This document shows positions 25,713 through 36,600 of a stretch of DNA of 64,000 nt, piece after piece. This DNA comes from Chloroflexia bacterium (lineage in GTDB: Bacteria; Chloroflexota; Chloroflexia; DTKN01). The translations under genes were made by a program, and so were the position numbers. Positions within the stretch are counted from its first letter, which is position 1; the number at the start of each line of letters is the position of its first letter. The stretch lies in the NCBI GenBank assembly GCA_049970175.1, contig JBMFNL010000001.1:364-64363 (forward strand). The letters run 5' to 3'. A model generated the notes under the pieces. That model had not been told where the DNA came from, did no database searches, and saw only the letters and a program-made list of their open reading frames with translations.

Positions 25713-27036
25713 GCGTAGAGGTGGGCCGGCGCGGCTCGACCAGCACCCAGGAGATCAGAAAACTGCCCAGCGCCAGGGCCGTAGCCGCCAGAAAAAGGAC
25801 CTCGTACCCCAGCGCGGCGGCCAGCCCGCCTCCCAGGATAGTGAGCAGGCTGAGCAGGCCGGCGATGGTATTGACCAGGCCCAGGCCGGCGGGCCGCTCC
25901 GGTTCGGGCAAAAGTTCCAGGACGTAACTGCCGATGCCGATGCCCTGGGCCGCATTGCCCAGCCCGGAGAGGGCAAAGACCAGGGCGAAGAGGTAGGTGC
26001 GGGCCGGAAGAGGGAGGGCCAGCACCTCTCCCAGAAAGGGCAGGAGCAGGGCCAGGACGGGGGTGAGGGTCAGCAGGCCGGCCCCCCAGCGCAGGAGCAG
26101 CCGGTTGCCCCGGCGGTCGCTCAGCCGGCTCCAGACCAGGTAGGAGGCCAGTCGCACCGCCGTGATGGCGGCCATATAGTCCCCGATGAAGCCGGCCGGC
26201 ACATGGAGCGCCTGGCCGGCATAGACGATGTAGAACGGCTCGGCCACCAGCCCCAGCCGGGCCAGCACCCGGTAGGCCAGGAAACGACGTAGAGGAGGAT
26301 GCTCCCGCCAGAGCGCCGGCAGCCGGCGCAACTGCTCCACGAGCGTCCCCGAACGTCCCACCCGAGGCGAATGTGGTTCCACCAGCAGAGAGAAGGTGAT
26401 CAGGCCCAGCAGCGCGCCGACCAGGGCCAGCCCGAAGAGAAGGGCATAGTTCTGCGGGAAGGGGCAGGGGCTGTCTTCCTGTAGCAGCATCCTCAGCAGG
26501 GGGCTGACCAGGAGCAGGGTGAGCAGTCCGCCGCCGAACTCCCGCAGCCCGAAGAAGGTGCCGCGCCGCTGGGGAGGAATGGTCTTGGCCACCACTTCCT
26601 GGAACGGAATCCCGGCCAGGCCGGCGGAGATGGAATAGAGGCCGTAGAAGAGGATGAACAGGGCCAGGGCAGCGGCAGGGGAAACCAGGTGGGCCAGGGC
26701 TACCGCGGCCGCCATGGCGCCGAAAAAGGCCCCGCGCAGCACGGCCGTGACCCGATACAGGGGCAGTTTACGGGGACGGTCCTGGATGCGGGCCCCCACC
26801 AGCAGTTGCGGGAGCAGCCATCCCCCCTGCTCCAGGGCCGGCAGGAGGCCCACCAGCATATCCCCCCCACCCAGGGCCTGCACCAGCCCGGGCAGGACCA
26901 GCGTGCTGGAGATCAGGCCGGAAGAAACGTTGAAAAAAATGCCGTTGAGGACGCCCAGGAAAAAGTTGCGGCGAAAGGTGGGGGAAAGCGCGGCCTCCGG
27001 GCCGCCCGAAGAAGCGGAAGGACGGGCCTCTTCCAT
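25447..27036 (-). CDS. MFS transporter with ~95-aa low-complexity C-terminal tail
   Basis: 12 predicted TM helices. After the last TM (…FLISWVLVEP) the ORF continues as an R/P-rich tail that is antisense to the SDR fragment. Confidence 0.75.
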   Translation of the reverse strand: MEEARPSASSGGPEAALSPTFRRNFFLGVLNGIFFNVSSGLISSTLVLPGLVQALGGGDMLVGLLPALEQGGWLLPQLLVGARIQDRPRKLPLYRVTAVLRGAFFGAMAAAVALAHLVSPAAALALFILFYGLYSISAGLAGIPFQEVVAKTIPPQRRGTFFGLREFGGGLLTLLLVSPLLRMLLQEDSPCPFPQNYALLFGLALVGALLGLITFSLLVEPHSPRVGRSGTLVEQLRRLPALWREHPPLRRFLAYRVLARLGLVAEPFYIVYAGQALHVPAGFIGDYMAAITAVRLASYLVWSRLSDRRGNRLLLRWGAGLLTLTPVLALLLPFLGEVLALPLPARTYLFALVFALSGLGNAAQGIGIGSYVLELLPEPERPAGLGLVNTIAGLLSLLTILGGGLAAALGYEVLFLAATALALGSFLISWVLVEPRRPTSTLRNEPPARRGPGSAGARGLPDPSPSPGEFPPRGRPDTTRAHRPRDVDGPGVARPVPPHIPAKWRSVRPACAARPTRSGRRTRWSPAPA

Positions 27037-27132
27037 AGACGATCGCCCCGACGATTACGCCGGCCTGCGGGAACGGTCGGCGGCGTGGACCCAGGTCGTA
27101 GGGCAGTTCGCGAACCGCCTGTACGCGGCCCC

Positions 27133-29013
27133 TCAGTCCCACTGCTCCGGGGCGATATACTCGCCGTAACGCTCCCGCGCTTCCCAAAGACGCCGGCGCT
27201 GTTCCTCCAGCACCCGGAAGACGGCCTCGGGCGTGTCCCCAATCTCCGTCCGGTAGATGCGTTCGATGCGCTCCACCTTGGCCAGGTTCTCCGACACCCG
27301 CACCGTGAACTGGGCGCGATAGGCCGCGTAGGGGTAGTCCCGGCCCAACACCTCCTGGAAGAGCCGGCGCAGGTCCTCGTAGCGGGGAATCCAGCCGGTC
27401 GGCGTGCGGATGGCCCCGACCTCCCCGTGGACGCGCCGTTCCATCCACTTGTACCAGACCCGCTTGTCGGTCTTTTCGTTGAGCCAGTCCCCCGTCTGCC
27501 GGTCGCGCAGGAAATAGTTCACGGAGAAGATGAGCGGCGGATGTTCCAAGCCCCGGCCAAAGTCCAGATTGTTCTGGATGTAGCGGCCGATGGGGATGGA
27601 GAGGAAATCCCGGTTGGACATCGGGTTGAACTCGCGCACCCCCTCCTGGCCCAGTGTGGCCGCGGTGGTCTCCGATTCCAGGGAAGCGCCCTTGGTGATG
27701 ATGCCGTGTTCCCAGTCGAACGATTGCTCCACCGGCACCCAGGTATCCGAATCCCGGCCGCCGTAGACGATGGCTCCCACCACCACCCCCTCCGGGTGAT
27801 CCCGCTGCGGGCTCGTATTCTCCAGCAGGCTCATATCCATGGTAAAACGTGCGTTGGGGTGGGAGCAGGGAATCTCCCGGCCGGCGGCGTCCCTCTTCCC
27901 GATCCACCAGGGGCCGGAGTGGTTCTCTCCCCGAGGCGGGATTTCCCCATCCTTGCCGATCCAGTGCACCGTTCCTTCCGGGGTCACCAGAACGTTGGAG
28001 AAGATGATCTCGCCGGGGCTGTGGAGCGTCTTCCAGAGGATGGGGTCGTCGCGGGAGTTGATGCCCTGGATGATGCCGAAGATGCCCTTTTCCACGTTGA
28101 CGGCCCGTACCCGGCCCCCATCCCGTCGCATGTAGACGATGTCGTCGCCGACGATCTCCTCGCCCTCCATCATCGCCGTGGAGGTCTTGCCGCAGAGGGA
28201 GGGAAAGGCCCCGGTGAAGTACGTGACCCGTCCGCCAGGCCCATGGATGCCCATCAGGAGCATGTGCTCGCAGAGCCAGTCCTCCTGGGAAGCGTGGTAG
28301 ATGGCCAGACGCATGGCCAGTTTCTTCAGCCCCAGCGTGTTCCCGCCGTACTGGGTGTTGACGCTGTAGACGGTATCTCCGAGCAGGTCAATGAAGACGC
28401 GGCGCAGGTGCAGGTTTTTGCTCGTTCGGCGTTCGTCCAGTTCGCCCTGGGAATGGAGAAACTTGAAGAAGCGGGCCCCCGGTCCCTGGCGGAAGAATTC
28501 CCGGTATCCCGGCCGGTAGAGCAGGGTCTCGCTGTGGGCCACGTAACTGGAGTCGGTCAACTGCACGCAGGGGATGGCAAAACGGGAGGCGGCCGGCCCC
28601 AGGCAGAAGAAGCAGACGAAGAGTTCGTGGCCGCGCATGATGCCGGGGAGGATTCGGTGCACCTCCTCCAGGGCCTCGTTGCGCTCGCGGGTATCTATGC
28701 CGCCGCCCAGGTCCACACCCTCAGGCACGAGGATGCGGGTGTTCCGGCGATCGCGGGCCATATCGTCGTAGTTATCAAAGTGGACGGTATGGCCGGGGAT
28801 GGCCAGGGGGCGCTCCTCCCCATCCCGGAGCGCCGCCTGGCGGATATAGGCCACGTCCTCCGGAGAATCGTCGCAGACAAAGACGCGCTCCGGCTCGCAT
28901 AGGCGGATGTAGCGGGCCACAAAGTCGAGCACCTCCGTCTGCGGGATACGGACCAGTTTGGCATACTGGGCTTCGTCCAGACGGGATCGGAGAAACGCCG
29001 TCGTTTCTTCCAT
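27133..29013 (-). CDS. pckG: Phosphoenolpyruvate carboxykinase (GTP)
   Basis: MEETTAFLRSRLDEAQ...; PEPCK-GTP motifs (…FPSLCGKTSTAMM…, …YGGNTLGLKK…). GGAGG SD. The listed ORF extends 39 codons upstream. Confidence 0.9.
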   Translation of the reverse strand: MEETTAFLRSRLDEAQYAKLVRIPQTEVLDFVARYIRLCEPERVFVCDDSPEDVAYIRQAALRDGEERPLAIPGHTVHFDNYDDMARDRRNTRILVPEGVDLGGGIDTRERNEALEEVHRILPGIMRGHELFVCFFCLGPAASRFAIPCVQLTDSSYVAHSETLLYRPGYREFFRQGPGARFFKFLHSQGELDERRTSKNLHLRRVFIDLLGDTVYSVNTQYGGNTLGLKKLAMRLAIYHASQEDWLCEHMLLMGIHGPGGRVTYFTGAFPSLCGKTSTAMMEGEEIVGDDIVYMRRDGGRVRAVNVEKGIFGIIQGINSRDDPILWKTLHSPGEIIFSNVLVTPEGTVHWIGKDGEIPPRGENHSGPWWIGKRDAAGREIPCSHPNARFTMDMSLLENTSPQRDHPEGVVVGAIVYGGRDSDTWVPVEQSFDWEHGIITKGASLESETTAATLGQEGVREFNPMSNRDFLSIPIGRYIQNNLDFGRGLEHPPLIFSVNYFLRDRQTGDWLNEKTDKRVWYKWMERRVHGEVGAIRTPTGWIPRYEDLRRLFQEVLGRDYPYAAYRAQFTVRVSENLAKVERIERIYRTEIGDTPEAVFRVLEEQRRRLWEARERYGEYIAPEQWD

Positions 29014-29129
29014 GTCTGCCTCCACGTTATAAGCCCTCCTAAAAGCAAACCCGCAGGACAGTAGGCGCCCTGCGAGTCCGCCGGTTGCCTGGCGAAATTT
29101 CTGACAGCGCCGTTGCTGTCCGCCTGTCA

Positions 29130-29201
29130 AGCCGGCGAAGGGATTCGAACCCCCGACCCGCTGTTTACGAAACAGCTGCTCTACCGCTGAGCTACGCCGG
29201 C
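29130..29201 (-). tRNA. tRNA-Thr (anticodon CGT)
   Basis: Reverse complement GCCGGCGTAGCTCAGCGGTAGAGCAGCTGTTTCGTAAACAGCGGGTCGGGGGTTCGAATCCCTTCGCCGGCT. A TTCACA-17-TATACT promoter lies upstream. Confidence 0.85.
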
Positions 29202-29262
29202 TTACAAGTATAGTATATCACAACTTGGCCAAATTGTGAAATCGAGTTTGCCGGCCCTTGGG

Positions 29263-29296
29263 CATTTGCATCCTGGAGGTAGGTGTTGTACAATAT
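29263..29296 (+). promoter_or_regulatory. sigma70-like promoter (TTGCAT-17-TACAAT) for the dksA-lspA-rluD operon
   Basis: TTGCATcctggaggtaggtgttgTACAAT. Confidence 0.4.
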
Positions 29297-29342
29297 AGGA
29301 TGTTGCGGGGTTTGGCCGGCGGGCTAGAAAGGGGGGCCAAAG

Positions 29343-29714
29343 ATGGTCACCATGGTGGATTACGAGAGCATTCGAAATCGGTTGGAACGCGAACGGCGGG
29401 AACTGGACCGCGACATTCGCCGCCTGGAGGAAATTACCGAGAGACTCCGGAGCGACCGGGGCGGTGGGGACGGCGGGGTCAGCAACCATCTGGCCGAAGG
29501 GGCCAGCAGCACCTTCGACCAGGGGCGTAACCTGGCCCTTTTGGGCAATCTCCGACGCACGTTGGGCCTGGTCGAGGCGGCCCTGAAGCGGTTGGAATTG
29601 GGCACCTACGGCTTTTGTGAGGTCTGCGGCGAGCCGATTGACCGGGCCCGGCTAGAGGCCCTGCCGTATGCGGCCCAGTGCGTCCGCTGCCAGACCCGTC
29701 TGGAGGCTGAATAG
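29343..29714 (+). CDS. dksA: DksA/TraR-family C4 zinc-finger protein
   Basis: ...GTYGFCEVCGEPIDRARLEALPYAAQCVRCQ; N-terminal coiled coil. Confidence 0.8.
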   Translation: MVTMVDYESIRNRLERERRELDRDIRRLEEITERLRSDRGGGDGGVSNHLAEGASSTFDQGRNLALLGNLRRTLGLVEAALKRLELGTYGFCEVCGEPIDRARLEALPYAAQCVRCQTRLEAE

Positions 29715-29715
29715 T

Positions 29716-30246
29716 TTGTCCGAGACGGTCCGACGTCGCCCGCCCATCTGGCCGTTGGCCCTTGCTTTGCTCACCGTCCTTGTGGATCAGGTGAGCAAGT
29801 ATTTTGTGGTGCGCTATCTGGACCCCGGAGAGGCCCTTTACCTCCTGGGCTATGCCCTGCGCCTGGAACACGTCCGCAACACCGGCGTCTCCTTCGGCCA
29901 GTTGCAGAGTTACCCGGCCGTCATCACCATCCTCGGTTTGGTGACGGTTGCCTTTTTGTTCGTCGGCTACCCTTACCTCCTGACGCCGGCCCCCTGGGCC
30001 AATGCAGCCCTGGGGCTGGTGATCGGCGGGGCTGTGGGCAACCTGATCGATCGGGTGGCGACGGCCTGGCAATACGGCCTGGACCGGGCCTATGTGGTGG
30101 ATTTTATCGGGGTGAGCATCTGGCCGGTCTTCAATGTGGCCGATAGCGCCCTCACCGTTGGGGCCATCGTTTACGGCCTCTACCTCTTGCTGCGGGGAAC
30201 GCGGAAGGGGAAGCCGTGGCTGAAGGGGCCGCCGTCCGCCGAATGA
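29716..30246 (+). CDS. lspA: Lipoprotein signal peptidase (signal peptidase II)
   Basis: ...IWPLALALLTVLVDQVSKYFV...NTGVSFG...VVDFIGV...FNVADSAL. TTG start just after the dksA stop; an ATG at 29668 would overlap dksA by 47 bp. Confidence 0.8.
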   Translation: MSETVRRRPPIWPLALALLTVLVDQVSKYFVVRYLDPGEALYLLGYALRLEHVRNTGVSFGQLQSYPAVITILGLVTVAFLFVGYPYLLTPAPWANAALGLVIGGAVGNLIDRVATAWQYGLDRAYVVDFIGVSIWPVFNVADSALTVGAIVYGLYLLLRGTRKGKPWLKGPPSAE

Positions 30247-31175
30247 CCTTTTTCGCCGGCCGGGAGGAGGCCGGCCGGCGGGTGGATCGGGTGGTGGCCG
30301 GGCACCTGCCCGACCTGTCGCGCTCCCGGGTTCAGCGCCTGATCGCCCTGGGCCTGGTCACGGTCAACGGCCGGCCGCTCCGGCCCGGCGACCGCCTGCA
30401 TCCCGGCGACCGGGTGGAAGTCGTCATCCCGCCCCCGGAGCCGACGGAACTCTACCCCCAGGCTCTTCCGCTCTCCGTCGTCTACGAGGATGCCGACGTG
30501 GTGGTACTGGATAAACCGGCCGGCCTGGTGGTCCATCCGGCTCCCGGACACCCGGACGGCACCCTGGTCAACGCCCTCCTGGCCCGCTACCCCGACCTGG
30601 CGGTAGGCGGGGCTCTCCGGCCGGGCATCGTCCATCGTCTGGATCGCTTCACCTCCGGCCTGATCGTGGTGGCCCGCAACGATGCCGCCCATCAGGCCCT
30701 GGTGGCCCAGCAGAAGGAGCGCACCATGCTCAAGGCCTATCTGGCGCTGGTGGACGGCCATATGCCGGCGCGGGAGGGGGTCATTGACGCGCCCATCGGC
30801 CGGCATCCCCGCCGGCGCCAGCGGATGGCGGTGGTGGCCGGGGGCCGGCCGGCCCGCACGGCTTACCGGGTGCTGGAGGAACTGGGGCCCTATACGCTCC
30901 TGGAAGCCCGCCTGGAGACCGGGCGGACCCACCAGATTCGCGTCCATCTGGCCCACAGCGGCCATCCGGTGCTGGGCGACGACCTCTACGGCCGGCGGGG
31001 CGGTATCCTGGGGTTGGAACGGCAGTTCCTGCATGCCTACCGTCTGGGTTTTCGTCTCCCTGGAAGTGGGGAGTACCGCGAGTTCCATTCCCCTCTGCCG
31101 GAAGACCTGGCCGCCGTCCTGGAGGGCCTCCGCCGCCGATACGGATTCCGGGGATCGCCGGACGGGGACCGTTGA
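30243..31175 (+). CDS. rluD: RluA-family 23S rRNA pseudouridine synthase (RluD-like)
   Basis: S4 domain, then ...VVHPAPGHPDGTLVNALL...HRLDRFTSGLIVVARN...; ATGA overlap with the lspA stop. Confidence 0.85.
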   Translation: MTFFAGREEAGRRVDRVVAGHLPDLSRSRVQRLIALGLVTVNGRPLRPGDRLHPGDRVEVVIPPPEPTELYPQALPLSVVYEDADVVVLDKPAGLVVHPAPGHPDGTLVNALLARYPDLAVGGALRPGIVHRLDRFTSGLIVVARNDAAHQALVAQQKERTMLKAYLALVDGHMPAREGVIDAPIGRHPRRRQRMAVVAGGRPARTAYRVLEELGPYTLLEARLETGRTHQIRVHLAHSGHPVLGDDLYGRRGGILGLERQFLHAYRLGFRLPGSGEYREFHSPLPEDLAAVLEGLRRRYGFRGSPDGDR

Positions 31176-31390
31176 CCGTTCAACCGCAGGCTCGGCAGAA
31201 GGGGGGCTTCTCATCCTGGCCGTCGGCCGGCTCATCGCGCCCTTGGGCCGCCTCTTCACCCGACCTGTCGTTCGGGGCGTCCAGTTGGGGCTGGGGTTGC
31301 TCCTGGTGCGGAGCGCCCGGCAATGGTCCTGGAACGGATTCGGCCCCGGCTGCGGCATCCGGCCGGGGTAGGGAAAAGGTGATAGGTGGG

Positions 31391-31924
31391 TTATGCCCGG
31401 CCGAGCCAGACCGCCAGTTCCTCCGGCAGGGCCGCGCGGTTGGCCGGGGTTACCTCCCGGCGTACCACCGGACGGGCAGCCATCGCCGCGACCCGCTCCC
31501 CCAGGGCCGGCCGCACCACCAGCAACCCGGCTGCCGGCCCCTCCAGGACGGCCCGGAGCGCCGGCAGGAAACCCTCCCCCCGGACCAGTTCCAGCGGCCC
31601 CACCTCATCCAGGAGGACCAGGTCCACCCCCTCGGCGACGGCCCGGAGCACCACGGCATTCCCCCATTCCAGGGCCGGCCGGGAAAAGCGATACGGCCCC
31701 CAGCGCGGCCCGGAGAGGCCGGCCGGCCCCTCCCCCGAGACGGCCAGCAGGCGTCGTTCCCCGCTGCGCAGGTCCAGGGCCTGGCGATGCCCGCCCTCGG
31801 CCAGGGTGACCAGGCCCCCGACGTTCCATCCCCTCTCGCCCAGGGCACGGGCCAGGCCCAGGCAGAGGGTCGTCTTGCCCACGCCTGGGGGGCCGGTGAG
31901 GAGGAGAAGGGGCCGGCGGCTCAT
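31391..31924 (-). CDS. THEP1/NTPase_1-family P-loop nucleoside-triphosphatase
   Basis: MSRRPLLLLTGPPGVGKTTLCLGLARAL...LVLLDEVGPLEL; start overlaps the XPB stop (ATGA). Confidence 0.7.
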   Translation of the reverse strand: MSRRPLLLLTGPPGVGKTTLCLGLARALGERGWNVGGLVTLAEGGHRQALDLRSGERRLLAVSGEGPAGLSGPRWGPYRFSRPALEWGNAVVLRAVAEGVDLVLLDEVGPLELVRGEGFLPALRAVLEGPAAGLLVVRPALGERVAAMAARPVVRREVTPANRAALPEELAVWLGRA

Positions 31925-33615
31925 CGTCCGGCCTCCTCGCCGGCAAAGGCCTCGGCCGGGACGATGGTGTAGCGGTAGCCCTGCTCGATGAGGAAGCGCT
32001 CCCGTCGGGCAGCATACTCCTGCTCGCCGGTATCCTGGGAGACCAGGGTGTAGAAGTGGGCCGGCCGGCCGTCGGGCTTGGGGCGCAGGATTCGCCCCAG
32101 GCGCTGGGCCTCCTCCTGGCGGGAACCGTAGGTGCCCGAGACCTGGATGGCGACGCCGGCCTCAGGCAGGTCTAGGGCCAGATTGGCCACGTTGGAGACG
32201 ACCAGGAGCGGTTTCTCTCCGCGCCGGAAGGCCCGGTAGAGTTCCTCCCGCTCGGCCGGCGGCGTCCGGCCGGTGATGAGGGGCGCGCCCAGGGCATGGG
32301 CGATGGCCCGCAACGAATGCAGGTAGCGCCCGATGATCAGGATGCGCTCGCCGGCATGCCGTTCGACCAGCCGGCGGACGAGGGAGACTTTGGCCGGATT
32401 CTCGGCGGCCAGGCGGGAGCGGGCCGAGGTGCCGTGGGCCTGGACATAGTCCAGGCGGCCGGCGTTCGAAAGCGGCACGCGCACCTCCCAGCAGGAAACG
32501 GCGGCCAACCACCCCTGGGCCTCCAGTTCGCGCCAGGGGGCCTCGTAGACTTTGGGACCGATCAGGGAGAAGACATCGCCCTGCCGGCCGTCCTCGCGCA
32601 CCAGCGTCGCCGTCAGCCCCAGCCGGCGGCGGGCCTGCAGTTCGGCCGTGAGGCGGAAGACGGGGGCCGGGAGGAGGTGGACCTCGTCGTAGATGATGAG
32701 GCCCCAGTCCCGCTCCTCGAAGAGGTCCAGGTGGGGCAGCCGGGGAAATCTTTCCCCTCCGGCCGGGGCGCGGTGGGTCAGGACCTGGTAGGTGGCCAGG
32801 GTGACCGGGGCGATTTCCTTGCGTTCTCCGCTGTACTCGCCGACCTCGTGGGCCTCCAGGGTGGTGCGGGCCAGGATTTCCTGCCGCCACTGGTGCAAGG
32901 CGGCGGCGTGGGGGCAGAGGATGAGGGTCTGGCAGCGCAGGTGAGCCATCACGGCCAGGCCGACGACGGTCTTGCCGGCCCCGCAGGGCAGGACGATGAC
33001 GCCGCTTCCGCCCTGAGGGCCGCTCAGGAAGGCCCGCACGGCCTCCTGCTGGTAGGGGCGCAGGGCAAAGGGCCGGCCGTCCGGGAGCGTCCCGCGCAGC
33101 CGGACGGCCAGCGGGGCCCCGGGGAGGTAGCCGGCCCGGTCCAGCGGCGGATAGCCCAGCAGGCGCAGGCGCATCTTCAGGAGGCCGCGGTGGCCCGGCT
33201 GGAAGCGCAGGGTGAGGGGGTCGTGGATGCCCTGGAGGAGCGGGCGGAGGAGCGGACTGCGGGCCAGGTGGGCGACGAGGGCGGGGTCGTCGCCGCGCAG
33301 GAGGAGGTCCTCTCCCCGGCGCAGGAGGGTGAGCCGGCCGTAGCGGGACATCGTGGCCCGAATCCAGCGGGCCACCTCTTCCGGCAGGCCGTAGCGGGCG
33401 TGGCGGGCGAGTTCCTCCAGGAGGGCATCGGGGGTCAGGCCGCCGGCGGCGGCGTTCCAGAGGGAGAGGCGGGTCAGGCGGTAGAGGTGGACGTGCTGGA
33501 GGCTCTGCTCCAGTTCGGCGAAGCGGGAGAGCAGGTCGCGCAACTCCGGGTAGAGCGGATGGTGCCCATCCAGAAGGATGGTGCGGTCCTTTTGAATCAC
33601 CAGCGGCCGGGACAC
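31921..33615 (-). CDS. XPB/Ssl2 (ERCC3)-like SF2 DNA helicase
   Basis: ...RPYQQEAVRAFLSGPQGGSGVIVLPCGAGKT...IYDEVHLLPA...LGLTATLVRED...; GTG start 14 bp after the stop of the LTD/PLD gene. Confidence 0.8.
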   Translation of the reverse strand: MSRPLVIQKDRTILLDGHHPLYPELRDLLSRFAELEQSLQHVHLYRLTRLSLWNAAAGGLTPDALLEELARHARYGLPEEVARWIRATMSRYGRLTLLRRGEDLLLRGDDPALVAHLARSPLLRPLLQGIHDPLTLRFQPGHRGLLKMRLRLLGYPPLDRAGYLPGAPLAVRLRGTLPDGRPFALRPYQQEAVRAFLSGPQGGSGVIVLPCGAGKTVVGLAVMAHLRCQTLILCPHAAALHQWRQEILARTTLEAHEVGEYSGERKEIAPVTLATYQVLTHRAPAGGERFPRLPHLDLFEERDWGLIIYDEVHLLPAPVFRLTAELQARRRLGLTATLVREDGRQGDVFSLIGPKVYEAPWRELEAQGWLAAVSCWEVRVPLSNAGRLDYVQAHGTSARSRLAAENPAKVSLVRRLVERHAGERILIIGRYLHSLRAIAHALGAPLITGRTPPAEREELYRAFRRGEKPLLVVSNVANLALDLPEAGVAIQVSGTYGSRQEEAQRLGRILRPKPDGRPAHFYTLVSQDTGEQEYAARRERFLIEQGYRYTIVPAEAFAGEEAGR

Positions 33616-33629
33616 CGGAAGCCCTGCCC

Positions 33630-36600
33630 CTACGGCACCACCCCCGGCGTCGGCGGGTAGCGGTCGAAGAAGTCGGCGCTGCAGTCGTCCGTGTCGCGGT
33701 CGGCCGGCCGGCGCTCCAGGGAATGCCCCTGGGCAGAGACGCCGGGGTGGGGGACGACGCCGGGATAGGAGCCGGCCCCATAGACCAGCACGTCCACCGG
33801 GCTCTCCGAGGCGTCCAGGAGGATGACCTCATCCCCCTCGTTCCCCAGGGCGAAGCCGAAGCCGTCCCAGGTGCCCACCGGCACCATGTTCGGCACGCTT
33901 GGGTCGTCGCGCAGCGGGTCGATCAGGAATTCAAAGGTGGGCCGGAAAGCGACGTCCTGGGCCTGGGCGGCGATGGTCCAGACCGTCCTGGCCGGGATCA
34001 CGGTGCCGGTCGGGAAGACGTAGCGGCCGCTGCCGTACTCGCCTATGGCGGCGGCATCGCCCAGCGTCCAGCCGGAAAGGTCCACGGGGTGGTTGGTGGG
34101 GTTGTAGATTTCCACCCATTCTTTCCCGGCATCGGTTCCCTCGGGGTCGTAGAGGACCTCGCTCACCAGGAGGTGGTCGGCCGGCGTGAGGTAGTGCTTA
34201 TAGACCAGCGGGAGGTGGATGGGGGTGGAGTGGTACCAGTCCCACTCGAACATCTCCTCCAGGTAGGCGTAGACGGCGTCGGAGGCGATCTGGAGGGCTG
34301 CCTCGCGGTTGACTTTGCTGGAGGTCTCGCTGCCGTTGATGCTGCCGATGTGGGCATAGCCCCGGTCGCCCAGGCGCACCAGCACCATCTTGTTGTGGAT
34401 GCCGTAACGGGTGGGGTCCCCCAGGCGGGCGCGCAGGTTCAGCCCCTCGCGGCGGGCCAGGTCGTTCACGTAGGCGACCGTTTCCAGATTTTTGGAGAGG
34501 TCATAGCCCGCTTCCCCGAAGGAGCCCGAGTTCAGGAGGATGCGCACCGCGGCCCCCCGGCGGGCGGCGGCGATATAGGCCTCCAGGCGGAGGTTGGGGG
34601 CCGGGGTATAGTCGGGCATCGCTCCCCAGGCGCGGTACTCGTACATCTGCTCCACGTCCACCTGATCGCCCGGGCCGGCCCGGGCAAGCAGCCCCAGGAG
34701 GGCATCGCTCTGGCGCAGGGCCGCCTCCGGGGCGGAGAAGAGTTCAAAACTGAAGGTCCCCGAAAGCCGCAGGGGAGCGGTAAAGACTACGGAGGAGGTG
34801 ATGCCGCCGGTTTGGGTGATCGGCTGGAAGCCGGGAGGCGGCGGGCCGTAGCCGTAGGGGTTGGAAGGACTCCAGCGGGTGAGGTCCAGGTGGGCGGCCG
34901 GGTCGAAATCGGCCTGGAAGAGGGCCAGGGCGCGGGCCACGACGGAGGGGGCGTCGGTGAGGATGAGGACGCCCCGCGAGCCCCAGGTGCCGTCGGATTT
35001 GTCGTCGGTGGGCAGGCCGCCGGCCGTGGGGTTCTGGGAAGAGATGAGCGCCCAACGCCGGTCGAGGAGCATGAGTTTGCTGTGCATATTGGTGTAGCGG
35101 TCGTAGATGCGCACGCTCGATTCGTTGAACATAAACCAGCAAGCCCCGCCGGCGGCATGGAGTTGCTGACAGGCCCAGAGTTCCTGGTCGGAGATGCCCC
35201 CGGCCACCTCGCCCTCCAGGAGGACGGTCACGCTGACGCCGGATTGGGCCTGGCCCACGAGCGCCCGGACGATGTCATAGTTTTCCAGTTCGTAGAACTC
35301 GGCCTCGATGCGCTCCCGGGCCAGGCCGATGGCCTCCAGAAAGATTTCGCCAGCGTGGTCGGGGGCGATGGCCACGGTGAGGGAGGCCGCCTCGGTCGCC
35401 GAAAGCGGCCGGAAGAAGGCGTCCAGGTCCCAGCCGGGGTAGAGGACGCGCCGGCCGTAGAGGGCATCGCCGGGGTACTGGAACCAGTCGGCGGCGGTGT
35501 TGGTATCGGCGACGGGCAGTCCGGTGCCTTCGTCCAGGATGCGCTGGAGAATCTGCCCTTCCGAGCCAAAGTTGCCCGAACCGGCATAGGGGAAAAGGGC
35601 CGGGCCGGACCAGCCCGGCGTGCTCGTGCTTCCCCCCTCAAAGACCATGGTGTCCATCACCTCGTCGGTCGGGCTGCGCAGCACCGCCTCGTCGCCGGTG
35701 TTGGAGAAGCCGGGCCAGGAGCCGCCCAGGTTGGGCACCTCCGGCCGGGTATCCGCCTTCTCATAGTCGGGCAGGAAGCCGAAGGAGGAGAAGAAGGCAT
35801 CGCCGTACCAGGCCAGCCAAAGGCGCCGGCCGGGGAGGAGCGTGGTTCCCCCGGGGAGGATGGCGCAGGAGCCGCCGCTTCCGGCATCGCAGACCTTCCA
35901 GCCGGAAAGATCCGCCGGGGCGCTGCCGACGTTGACCAGGCGCACGGCCTCGTCGTGATCCTCCAGGACGTAGCCGTCGTAGAGGACCGCCTCGATGAGG
36001 ACATGGGCCTCGCCCGGAAAGACGACGGTGGTGGTGCAGAAGGCGGTGTTGTCGGCCGGGTTGGCCTCGGTGACGGCCGTGGTGGCCGTGATGCGGTTGG
36101 TGAGGACGCCGGCGGCGAAGGGCTCGACCCGGGCGTAGAGCGCGATCTGGGCCGAGGCGGAGGCGCTCAGCACACCCGGGTCCCAGACCAGGGTGCCGGT
36201 GGTGGGTTGCATAAAGGGAAACGAACTGCTTTGGGAGATAAAAGTTGTCCCGGCCGGCAGGGTATCGGTGAGGCGGACGGCGAGGGCATCCAGCGTCCCG
36301 GCGTTGGTGACGGCCAGGGTGTAGGCGAGGGTCGTCCCCGGCGTGGCCGTGAGCGGGCCGGTCTTGGAGACGGCCAGGTCCGCAGAAGGCGGTGGGGGAA
36401 GGGAGGCCGAGTTGAGGGCCTTGGGCGTGCCGTTCACAGGGTTTCCTCCGGCGTCGTGGCCGTTGCGGTGCACCATATCGTTGGAGGCCCAGTTGGCGTC
36501 GGTATCGGGGGAAAGGGGGGCGATGCGCTCCATCGTCTGGTAGTTCGGGGAGGCCGTGCCGGCCGGCCACCCGCCCCCGTCGCCGTTGGCCGTGTCCACG